Shown here: positions 1 through 7,456 of the stretch, in pieces
Numbering within the stretch: position 1 is the first letter of the stretch
Layout of the letters: each line of letters begins with the position of its first letter
Origin: Myxococcota bacterium
GTDB lineage: Bacteria; Myxococcota_A; UBA9042
Assembly (NCBI GenBank): GCA_044347905.1
Contig: JBIKTV010000002.1
Location: forward strand, 1 to 48,104
Length of the DNA stretch: 48,104 nucleotides
Direction: 5' to 3'
Translations under genes and position numbers: made by a program
Notes under the pieces: model-generated
What the model saw: the letters and a program-made list of their open reading frames with translations, nothing else
Told to the model about the DNA's origin: nothing
Databases searched by the model: none

Positions 1-1774
1 CCTGGCCGCCAGGCCGGTCCACCTGGATCGCCGCGGTCAAGCGATGGGCCAGGCGATGGTCCACCTGCGCAGTCGCCCCTTGACCCTGCGCGGTGTCCGG
101 CCATTGGGCCCGCGGCAGTTGCAGCAGCGCAAAGCGCCCGGCGCGCCACAGCGGCTCCAAGCCCAGGGCAACAAACCCAGGGATCAAGCGCGGATCGGCG
201 AGCACCAGGTGGCTGCAACCGCTGCGAACCAGCCAGGTGAGCGTGTGGGCATAGACCCGCGCCTGCGCCGTCGGAACGCCAAAGAGGTTGTCGTGGGCAG
301 AAGCGGTCCAGTCCGTCGCGTAGGGGGTCACCCCGTAATAGGGCCCCAGCTGGTGCAACCCGGCGTTGTGGCTAGTCAGCGCCAGCACGTGGGATTGAGC
401 AAGCAGGCTTGGGGAGCCGTCTTGCTGCTGCAATGGCATGGTCTGATAGGTATTTTGCAGATAGACCCGGCGCCAATCCGCTCTGTGGTGGGCGCGCAAA
501 TAGTTCCACAGCTGGCTCACCTCGGCCAACTCAGGGCTGTGGGTCGGTGCCACCTGTTGGCGCAGCGGCCAGCCCCAAAGCAGGCACGCGACGGTCAACA
601 GCGCGGCGGCGGCGGTGATCACGGGGCGGCGATTGGTCTGTGCACCCCGCTGAAGCAAGGGCCAACGCGCCAGGAGGGGCAGGGCCGTCAGGGCCAGACC
701 CAAGCGCAGTGGGTAGAGAAAGCGCCAACTCACTGGACCCAATAGAGGCAGAGAAGTCCCCGGTAGCACGGCAAACAATAGACCAGCCAGCATCGCACTG
801 AGGCCCAGGCCCAATACGGCCGTGGGCTCCGGCGCGGTGCGATTCAGCGCTGAGCGCACCTGCAGCGCCGCCCCGCCCAGGCCAGCCAGCAGCAGCGCCG
901 CCATCACCGCGCCGTCCAAGCCCCAGAGCTGCCACTCCGCCGCGGGGCGCCGACTGATCATGGCCACGAGGTCCTGGGGAAAAACCAGCAAGCGCAAGAG
1001 CATTTCGCTGTTCAGGTTCTGCGGCGACCTCTGCACCGCCTGGCCGTCCAGGAGCGGCTGCAGCCAGTAGGCCGCCGAGGCGAGCGCGCCCAGGGCAAGA
1101 GCGGCCGCCACAGCCGCAGCTTGGCGCCACAGCCGCCTTTGACCAAGGCGGGCCACGGCCACGGCACCCAGCAGACCGGCGACCAACAGGGCAAAAGTGT
1201 GCGTGAGGCCGATGACCCCCACCAGGGCCGCGAACCCGGCCAGAGAGCGGGCCGAACTGCCCGGCCGGGCAAGCACAAAAGCCAGGGCGATGCACAGAGC
1301 CATCCCCAAGTAGAACGGGTACATACCGCCCAACGGCGACTCCACGCCGGCCAAAGCTGGTCGCTGAACCAGCACGACGTAAGCGGCCAACGCCGCCCCG
1401 GGCGTCGACAATTGCTGGCGGGCCCCCGCAAACAGCGCGAGGGCCGGCGCGACCAGGCCACCGACCAGCAGAGCCGAATACGCCGGCTCCAGAGGCAGGC
1501 CCAGGCGAACGGCGGAGGTGAGCAGCCCCGTCCAAAGCGGTGAATGCAGATTTCCGACGGGAGCGCCCAAAAAACCAATGTCAATCCAGGAGCTTTGACT
1601 TTGAGCCAGCGCGTAGATTTCCGCGAGGTGCACGGGATTGTCGAGGTAGCTGGCGGCGCCCCCCGTCCACACCGGCCAAGCCAGCAGCAGCGCACAACCG
1701 ACCAGCCAGAGGGCTGCGGCGCCGTCCTGGCGCGTCCAAGGTCTCCAATTGTAAAGGGGTTCGTGACTATTCAT
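1..1774 (-). CDS. Polytopic integral membrane protein, 3' end runs off the window (possible GT-C-like glycosyltransferase; family not recognised with certainty)
   Basis: This ORF is not in the supplied track. Reading the reverse complement from the ATG at 1774-1772 stays open to position 1 (591 codons, no stop). I hand-checked the codons at 1-58 and 990-1021. The translation starts MNSHEPLYNWRPWTRQDGAAALWLVGCALLLAWPV and contains many hydrophobic helices (GMALCIALAFVLA, LVGVIGLTHTFALLVAGLLGAVAVA, AVMAALLLAGLGGAAL, LSAMLAGLLFAVLP). A soluble C-terminal part follows. The listed ORFs 44..745+, 531..1535- and 1012..1695- are Arg/Pro/Gly-rich shadow frames. Confidence 0.7.
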   Translation of the reverse strand, partial: MNSHEPLYNWRPWTRQDGAAALWLVGCALLLAWPVWTGGAASYLDNPVHLAEIYALAQSQSSWIDIGFLGAPVGNLHSPLWTGLLTSAVRLGLPLEPAYSALLVGGLVAPALALFAGARQQLSTPGAALAAYVVLVQRPALAGVESPLGGMYPFYLGMALCIALAFVLARPGSSARSLAGFAALVGVIGLTHTFALLVAGLLGAVAVARLGQRRLWRQAAAVAAALALGALASAAYWLQPLLDGQAVQRSPQNLNSEMLLRLLVFPQDLVAMISRRPAAEWQLWGLDGAVMAALLLAGLGGAALQVRSALNRTAPEPTAVLGLGLSAMLAGLLFAVLPGTSLPLLGPVSWRFLYPLRLGLALTALPLLARWPLLQRGAQTNRRPVITAAAALLTVACLLWGWPLRQQVAPTHSPELAEVSQLWNYLRAHHRADWRRVYLQNTYQTMPLQQQDGSPSLLAQSHVLALTSHNAGLHQLGPYYGVTPYATDWTASAHDNLFGVPTAQARVYAHTLTWLVRSGCSHLVLADPRLIPGFVALGLEPLWRAGRFALLQLPRAQWPDTAQGQGATAQVDHRLAHRLTAAIQVDRPGGQ

Positions 1775-2051
1775 CGGCCTTGTACGGCGGTTTGCGTTGC
1801 GCAGGCGCGGAAGCAGCCCCAGATTGTGACGGACCTCACCTCGCCGCGCCAGCACCCGGGTGGGGCTCCAATTCAGGGGGCAAGAGAATCAACCCTGAAT
1901 ACCCGGCCTCGCGCCCCTGCATGATGGAAGCTCTCAATGGACCAACAATAAAAGTCCGTCTCCCAGCGGTGATTTGACCCGCGCGGCGATTGCAGGTACC
2001 GTCGCCGCCGGACCCTGGCGAAGCAGCTGGGGCCCAAGCGCAACGGACCGT

Positions 2052-3302
2052 ATGAAACTGCACCGGGCCAGTGATTGGATCGCCGCCGTTCTGTTGGGCC
2101 TGACCGCCCTGGGCAGCGCTGCCGTCTGGCAACAAACGCGGCTAACGCAGCAGGCCCGGGCCAACCACTCCGCCTTGCGCGCCGCGACAGTTGCTGCCGC
2201 CGACCTGGACCGTGGCACCACCGCGCTGACGGAAGCTATGCGCGCCTATGCCGCCACGGGCGAGCCGCGGTATCTCAGCGCCTTTCAAGCGGAGAGTCTG
2301 CGCCAGCGCACCGCGGAAAAGGCTATGGATCGCCTGGTCAAGAGCCCGGCGCTGGGTCTGACGGCTGAGCCGCAAGCCGTCGGCAACGTCGCCCGCGCGG
2401 CGCCCGAGATTAGGCCAACCGACACCGACGCGGATCCCTTGAGCCAGGTGCGCTTGCACTCCGCCGCGCTGATCGAGCTGCACAATCGCGCGGGTCAAGC
2501 GGTGGCTACGGGCAACCGCCCCGCAGCTCAGGCCTTGCTGCACAGCGCGGAATACGAAGCGGGGCTGCAACGGCTGCGCGAACGCAGCGGACGCGTGCAG
2601 GACCTCGTGCGCCAGAGGTCGGTGGCCACCGCTGCGGAGTTTGCCCGGCAGAACCAGGGGGCCCAACAATTGGTCGCCCTTGCCCTGCTGGCCAACGCGG
2701 TGACGGTGGCGGTTGTGTTGGTGGGCTTTTACCGCCGCCGGGTCATCAAGCCCTTGGCGCAGCTGGCCGAGCGTCTCGATCGCCATGCCGCCGGTGAGCC
2801 GGGCGTGTCCTTTGAGATAGGCTGTCCAGACAATGAGATAGGTCGCATTGCCCGCACGCTTCAGCACCTGAGCGAGGCCGAAGCAGCGCTCCGCGTCGGG
2901 AGGCGAAGTGCCGAGTCCGCGGAGGCCTGGTACCGCCACATCATTGACGCCGCGCCGGACGGCATGATGGTGGTGGACGCCAAGGGCATCATCTTGCTGG
3001 CAAATCCGGAGATCCATCGCATTTTTGGCTATGGTCCCCAGCAGCTGATCGGTGCGAGCCTGGACACCCTGGTGCCGGGCGACGTGCGGGCGCGCCACGC
3101 GGCCAATCGCGAGCGCTTCATGCAGGCCAGCCAAGGGCGGGTAGAGCGCCTGCAGGGCGGTTTTATGGCCGAACACCGCAGCGGTGCGCCGTTTGCCGTG
3201 GAGCTGAGCCTGAGCAAGATGCCGGCGATGGACGAGTACGGTACCTGCGTCTGTGTGGCTCTGCGTCGCGCGGGTGAGCGTCAGGCCGTCGAGGGCGCTT
3301 GA
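2052..3302 (+). CDS. Membrane sensor protein with CHASE3-HAMP-PAS architecture and no transmitter or output domain
   Basis: Track ORF 1974..3302. I prefer the ATG at 2052 (MKLHRASDWIAAVLLGLTALGSAAVW, an N-terminal TM helix). A CHASE3-like segment is present (TEAMRAYAATGEPRYLSAFQAE). A second TM helix (LVALALLANAVTVAVVLVGFY) is followed by a HAMP-like linker (RRRVIKPLAQLAERL...NEIGRIARTLQHL). A PAS domain follows (WYRHIIDAAPDGMMVVDAKGIILLANPEIHRIFGYGPQQLIGASLDTLVP). The ORF stops about 15 aa after the PAS domain. Confidence 0.8.
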   Translation: MKLHRASDWIAAVLLGLTALGSAAVWQQTRLTQQARANHSALRAATVAAADLDRGTTALTEAMRAYAATGEPRYLSAFQAESLRQRTAEKAMDRLVKSPALGLTAEPQAVGNVARAAPEIRPTDTDADPLSQVRLHSAALIELHNRAGQAVATGNRPAAQALLHSAEYEAGLQRLRERSGRVQDLVRQRSVATAAEFARQNQGAQQLVALALLANAVTVAVVLVGFYRRRVIKPLAQLAERLDRHAAGEPGVSFEIGCPDNEIGRIARTLQHLSEAEAALRVGRRSAESAEAWYRHIIDAAPDGMMVVDAKGIILLANPEIHRIFGYGPQQLIGASLDTLVPGDVRARHAANRERFMQASQGRVERLQGGFMAEHRSGAPFAVELSLSKMPAMDEYGTCVCVALRRAGERQAVEGA

Positions 3303-3304
3303 TA

Positions 3305-3337
3305 GGGTCAAGGGGGCGGAGCGTCTTCGCTTGACCC
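3305..3337 (+). terminator. Candidate stem-loop just after the sensor gene stop codon (no U-tract)
   Basis: GGGTCAAG (3305-3312) pairs with CTTGACCC (3330-3337) around a 17-nt loop. The structure starts 3 nt after the TGA at 3300-3302. No T-run follows, so an intrinsic-terminator function is uncertain. Confidence 0.25.
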
Positions 3338-3443
3338 GGCAGGAGGGCGGGCGTACAACAAAAGCCGCTGGCGCCGGAATCAACCGGCCTTCAGCCACGC
3401 GATCCCGGCTTTGCTGCGACCGCACTTAGCCAAAGGAGCCCAG

Positions 3444-3551
3444 ATGCCTAAGGGTCAAGAGAAGACCGATAAGAACAACAAGCCCAAGCTGTCGACTGCG
3501 GAAAAGCAGAAGAAAAAGAAAGAGAAAGAGGCGGCCAAGAAGAGCCCGTAA
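3444..3551 (+). CDS. Small (35 aa) lysine-rich basic protein
   Basis: Too short for the ORF track. AAAGGAG lies at 3432-3438, 5 nt upstream of the ATG at 3444. The translation is MPKGQEKTDKNNKPKLSTAEKQKKKKEKEAAKKSP, ending at the TAA at 3549-3551. The region is a local low-GC island in otherwise GC-rich DNA. Confidence 0.55.
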   Translation: MPKGQEKTDKNNKPKLSTAEKQKKKKEKEAAKKSP

Positions 3552-3628
3552 CTGAGCTAGGGGTACCCAAGGCTACGTGGGCGGAATCATAGCCCGCGCT
3601 GCCTTGGGGTCGTCCAGGGGCCCGCGCT

Positions 3629-5569
3629 TCAGCCGGACCAAAGAACTGTGGAGCTGCAGGCTTGTAGCTCCACGGCGACGCCCGTTGCGGTCGGCACGAT
3701 GCGCAGATCCTCGCCGCCCACCAAGCCCCACCACGGTCCGCCGGGCAGCTCAAACCACGCTGGGCTGTCCTGCTCGCCGTTGAACAGCACCGCTACCGGC
3801 CCGCGGCGCGACGAGGCGGTGTAGCCAAAGCTCCACAGCCGGTCGCCCTGGACCACCAGCAGCGGATAGGGGCCGCTCAGGGCGTCGGTTAGCCAGTCGC
3901 GTCGCACTTCTAGGGCCCGGCGATACCACTCCACCAGGGCGACGTTGACCGTGCGCTCGCGCCAGTCCAGGTGGTTGGTGGCGTCGTCGCGGCAGTAGCT
4001 GTTGCCGTCCAAGGGCCCAGCGAGTTCGCCAGTGGCCGCCTGAACCTTTGCCCGGCCCCACTCTTGGCCCTGGGCCAGCATCACAGGTCCGCGGGCCCAG
4101 AGCAGCACCGCAGCGAGCAGCTTGAGGCGCCGAAGCAGCGGCTCTGGCATCGGCTGCAGTTCGGCCCGCGTGACATTCTGCCCCGGCTCCACCAGCCCCA
4201 GGCTCAGGCGCAGAAAATCGCCGCTGGTGTGGTCATCATGGCTTTCTACATACTGAATTGCCGCCTGCGTCATGGGCATGTGGCCGCCCAGGTGCCGCGA
4301 CACACCGGCGATGAGCGGCGCCAGGTGCTCGCGCGGCACGTTGCCATCGCCGCGTCCCAGGGCCCAACCGCGGCCCAGCTTGGGGTGGTGTCCTAAGAAA
4401 CCATTGCGGAATTTGTCATTCCACACCGTCCAGCCCAGCTCGACCAGGCGATCGGGCCGGTAGCCGCCCATGCTCCACGGCTCGGCGATCAGCAGGCAGC
4501 GGCTGTACTCGTCGCGACAGGCATCGCGCATAGCGGCAAGTACCCGATCATCCAGAACTTCTGCCAGATCCAGCCGCAGTCCATCGACCTGGTATTCGCG
4601 CAACCAGTGCACCGCGGCGTCGACCATCAGCTGGCGCAGGTGGGGATCGCGGCCGTCCAGGTCATGGCCGCAGCCCGTGTGATTGCGGAGCGAACCTCCG
4701 GGGTTGCGCACGCGCCAGTGGCCCGGGTCCAGCAGACACAGCGGATTCTCATCGTGGATCGACACGTGGTTGAACACCAGGTCCAGCACCACCGCCATGC
4801 CGCGGGCGTGGAATTCGCGGATCGCTTGCTTGAGCTCGACGCCGGGATCGGCAAAGGTACCGTCTTCGCTGACGCCAATCCATTGGCCAGGCTGAGGATT
4901 TTGACCGGCCAGCGAATAGCGCTCGGACGGAGCGAGCCAAAAGCTCGGCATATAGCCCCAGTGGTTGATGCCCGTGGGGTTCCAGGGCGCCACCGGCTCT
5001 AGCACCGGAAAGCTGGTGACGGGCAGCAATTCTACAGCGTTGACGCCAAGTTCGCGCAGCGCGGCCAGACCAGCGCCCGGATGGCTGGGCTCCACCAGCC
5101 CCAGGTAGGTGCCGGGGTGGGCCACGCCAGCGGACGGATGAATGGTAAAATCGCGGACATGCAGCTCCATGACCACCAATTCGGCCATGGGCACGGCGGG
5201 GCGCGAGGTGTGCTGCCAGTCAAAATCCCTAGGCTGAATAACGCTCCAGGCGGGGTGCCCCAGGGTCCACTGCCGCGCCACGGCGGTCGAGCGAGGATCG
5301 GCCACCTCAAAGGTCGCGCCGTCCTGATCCACCCGGTAGCGGTAATAACGCAGCGGTGCCGGCTCTGCGACCTCCCACACGCCCGTGTAGATGCCTCGCA
5401 GGGCCTGCATGGCCAAGACCCGCTCGCCCGTTGGGTTTTCTGGATGGGTGCGCTCCAGCAGCCACACCCGCGCGGCTTTGGGGGCCAACAAGCGGAAGCG
5501 TCCTTCGCTGGACACCCAGCCCAAGGGCAGACTGTTTAGGCCCTCAGGCTCAATTCGGCGTCTTGCCAT
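3629..5569 (-). CDS. GH13 alpha-glucan debranching enzyme (isoamylase/pullulanase, GlgX-like)
   Basis: Track ORF 3629..5710. I prefer the ATG at 5569 (MARRRIEPEGLNSLPLGW), which gives a CBM48-like N-terminus (RFRLLAPKAARVWLL). The four GH13 conserved regions are visible: VVLDLVFNHV, DGLRLDLAEV, LIAEPW and IQYVESHDD. The start overlaps the glgB stop by 20 nt. Confidence 0.85.
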   Translation of the reverse strand: MARRRIEPEGLNSLPLGWVSSEGRFRLLAPKAARVWLLERTHPENPTGERVLAMQALRGIYTGVWEVAEPAPLRYYRYRVDQDGATFEVADPRSTAVARQWTLGHPAWSVIQPRDFDWQHTSRPAVPMAELVVMELHVRDFTIHPSAGVAHPGTYLGLVEPSHPGAGLAALRELGVNAVELLPVTSFPVLEPVAPWNPTGINHWGYMPSFWLAPSERYSLAGQNPQPGQWIGVSEDGTFADPGVELKQAIREFHARGMAVVLDLVFNHVSIHDENPLCLLDPGHWRVRNPGGSLRNHTGCGHDLDGRDPHLRQLMVDAAVHWLREYQVDGLRLDLAEVLDDRVLAAMRDACRDEYSRCLLIAEPWSMGGYRPDRLVELGWTVWNDKFRNGFLGHHPKLGRGWALGRGDGNVPREHLAPLIAGVSRHLGGHMPMTQAAIQYVESHDDHTSGDFLRLSLGLVEPGQNVTRAELQPMPEPLLRRLKLLAAVLLWARGPVMLAQGQEWGRAKVQAATGELAGPLDGNSYCRDDATNHLDWRERTVNVALVEWYRRALEVRRDWLTDALSGPYPLLVVQGDRLWSFGYTASSRRGPVAVLFNGEQDSPAWFELPGGPWWGLVGGEDLRIVPTATGVAVELQACSSTVLWSG

Positions 5570-7439
5570 CGCCTCGCCACTCCAGCAGGTGAACTCCGTA
5601 GGGAGCCACGTCCAATTGGCCATGCGGCCGACCCCAGCGCATCTCCGCGGTGACATTTGGCGGCAGACACGGCCGCGAACCGCCAAACTGCTGCAGGTCG
5701 CTGCTGGCAATCACTTGCCAAGAACCGCACTGCGGAAGCGGAATCCAGTGTCCCGGCCGCGCCACGGGGGTAAAGTGCAGCACCGCCACCAGCGCGTGGC
5801 CGTCTCGACTCCGCCGCTGCCAGACCAGCACGCTGTGGTCTTTGTCCGCCCCTTCGACCCACACAAAGCCGTGGGGGCTGCAATCGCCGTCGTGCAGGGC
5901 AGGGTACATGCGATACAGCCGGTTCAGCTCGCCGACCCACGCGATCAGCCCCTGGCGGCCGGGCTCAGCGCTGAGCGGCCAATCCAGCTCGCGGTCCTGG
6001 TTCCACTCGCGCGCTTGGCCAAATTCCTGGCCCATGAACAGCAGTTTCTTGCCCGGATGCAGCCACTGTTCGCCGTAGAGGAGCCGCAACTGCTCCAAAG
6101 CGTGGTGGCGGTCGCCGGCCATCTTGTGCAACAGCGAGCCCTTGCCGTGGACCACTTCGTCGTGCGAAAGCGGCAGGACAAAGGCCTCAGCAAAGGCATA
6201 AGTGCTGGCAAAAGTGAGCCAATCGTGGTGATGGGCCCGGTACAGCGGATCCTTGGCCAAGTACCGCAAGGTGTCGTGCATCCAGCCCATGTTCCACTTG
6301 TAGTCAAAGCCAAGGCCGCCATCTTCCAGCGGCGAGGTGACTTGCGGGAACGCGGTGGATTCCTCGGCGATGCTCAGGGCGCCGGGAAATACCTTGTGGA
6401 TCATGGTGTTCATGTCGCGCAAGAAGGCGATTGCCTCCAAGTTCCAGTTGCCGCCGTGGACGTTGGGCTGCCATTGGCCGTGGCCGCGCGAGTAGTCCAG
6501 GTAGAGCATGGAGGCCACGGCGTCTACCCGCAGGCCATCGATGTGGAACTCGCTGAGCCAGTAGTGCGCGCTCGACAACAGGAAACTGCGCACCTCGGGC
6601 CGGCCGTAGTCAAAGATCAGCGTGCCCCAGTCGGGGTGTTCGCCGCGGCGCGGGTCGGCGTGTTCGTACAGCGGCGTGCCGTCAAAGTTGGAGAGGGCGT
6701 GGGCATCCTTGGGAAAGTGCGCGGGGACCCAGTCCATGATGACGCCGATTCCCGCCTGGTGCAGGGCGTCGATCAGAGCGCGCAAGTCGTCGGGCGAGCC
6801 GTGGCGCGACGTGGGGCAGAAATAGCCCGTGACCTGATAGCCCCAAGACGGGTCGTAGGGATGCTCAAGCACCGGCAGCAGTTCTACGTGGGTAAAGCCC
6901 AGGCGCAGCAGGTACGTCACCAAAGGCTCAATCAAATCGCGGTAGTTCCACGCGTGCCCCTGACCGCCGCGCCACGAACCCAGGTGCAGTTCGTAGATAG
7001 ACAGCGGTTGATCGCGGCGCTGCCTGTGGGGCCTGCCGCTTAGCCAATCGCCGTCGCCCCAAGCGTGCTGACTCGCTTCGACCAGTTGACTCGCCGTCCC
7101 TGGGCGCAATTCCGCTGACCTTGCATAGGGATCGGCGCGCTCCGTGGCAAAGCCGTGCAGATCGACCACGCGGTACTTGTAGAGCTGGCCGGTGAGCGGT
7201 CCGGAAAGCACACCCCACCACACCGCGCCTTCGCGTTGCAGCGCCTGGGGTTGCCAATCATTCCAGGTGCCCACAACGCCCACAGCTTGGGCAGAAGGCG
7301 CCCACACGGCAAAGCGCCAGCCTCGCCCACCTTCTGCGTGGGGCAGATCGACCGGCCAAGCCCCCAGGGAGCGCCAGGTCTCAGCGCCCCAACCTTCAAA
7401 AAAGCTCTGTAATTGACTGAAGATAGGATCGGGATTCAT
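5550..7439 (-). CDS. glgB: 1,4-alpha-glucan branching enzyme
   Basis: Track ORF 5550..7568. I prefer the ATG at 7439 (MNPDPIFSQLQSFFEGWGAETW). Diagnostic GlgB/GH13 motifs are present: HVELLPVLEHPYDPSWGYQVTGYF, GVIMDWVPAHFPKD, DGLRVDAVASMLY, SIAEEST and LPLSHDEVVHGK. Confidence 0.95.
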   Translation of the reverse strand: MNPDPIFSQLQSFFEGWGAETWRSLGAWPVDLPHAEGGRGWRFAVWAPSAQAVGVVGTWNDWQPQALQREGAVWWGVLSGPLTGQLYKYRVVDLHGFATERADPYARSAELRPGTASQLVEASQHAWGDGDWLSGRPHRQRRDQPLSIYELHLGSWRGGQGHAWNYRDLIEPLVTYLLRLGFTHVELLPVLEHPYDPSWGYQVTGYFCPTSRHGSPDDLRALIDALHQAGIGVIMDWVPAHFPKDAHALSNFDGTPLYEHADPRRGEHPDWGTLIFDYGRPEVRSFLLSSAHYWLSEFHIDGLRVDAVASMLYLDYSRGHGQWQPNVHGGNWNLEAIAFLRDMNTMIHKVFPGALSIAEESTAFPQVTSPLEDGGLGFDYKWNMGWMHDTLRYLAKDPLYRAHHHDWLTFASTYAFAEAFVLPLSHDEVVHGKGSLLHKMAGDRHHALEQLRLLYGEQWLHPGKKLLFMGQEFGQAREWNQDRELDWPLSAEPGRQGLIAWVGELNRLYRMYPALHDGDCSPHGFVWVEGADKDHSVLVWQRRSRDGHALVAVLHFTPVARPGHWIPLPQCGSWQVIASSDLQQFGGSRPCLPPNVTAEMRWGRPHGQLDVAPYGVHLLEWRGDGKTPN

Positions 7440-7456
7440 GGTTTCTTCTTGGACGG

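Noticed and set aside
44-1695. Track ORFs 44..745+, 531..1535- and 1012..1695-
   Set aside because: All are Arg/Pro/Gly/Trp-rich nonsense-like translations. The third minus frame (complement 1..1774), absent from the track, encodes a coherent membrane protein.
2142-3425. 427-aa antisense ORF opposite the CHASE3-PAS sensor, and similar large antisense ORFs (23051..24352+, 25289..26074+, 33156..33992-, 33761..34672+, 35402..36802+, 36857..37705+, 37778..38500+, 39623..40708+, 42903..44069+)
   Set aside because: All have shadow-frame composition and lie opposite genes with strong family motifs.
3648-3673. 8-bp stem hairpin GTGGAGCT...AGCTCCAC as a bidirectional terminator between the small ORF and the debranching gene
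   Set aside because: It lies inside the last 15 codons of the debranching-enzyme CDS (VELQACSSTV) and has no flanking U or A tracts. It may be coincidental, so I did not call it as a feature.
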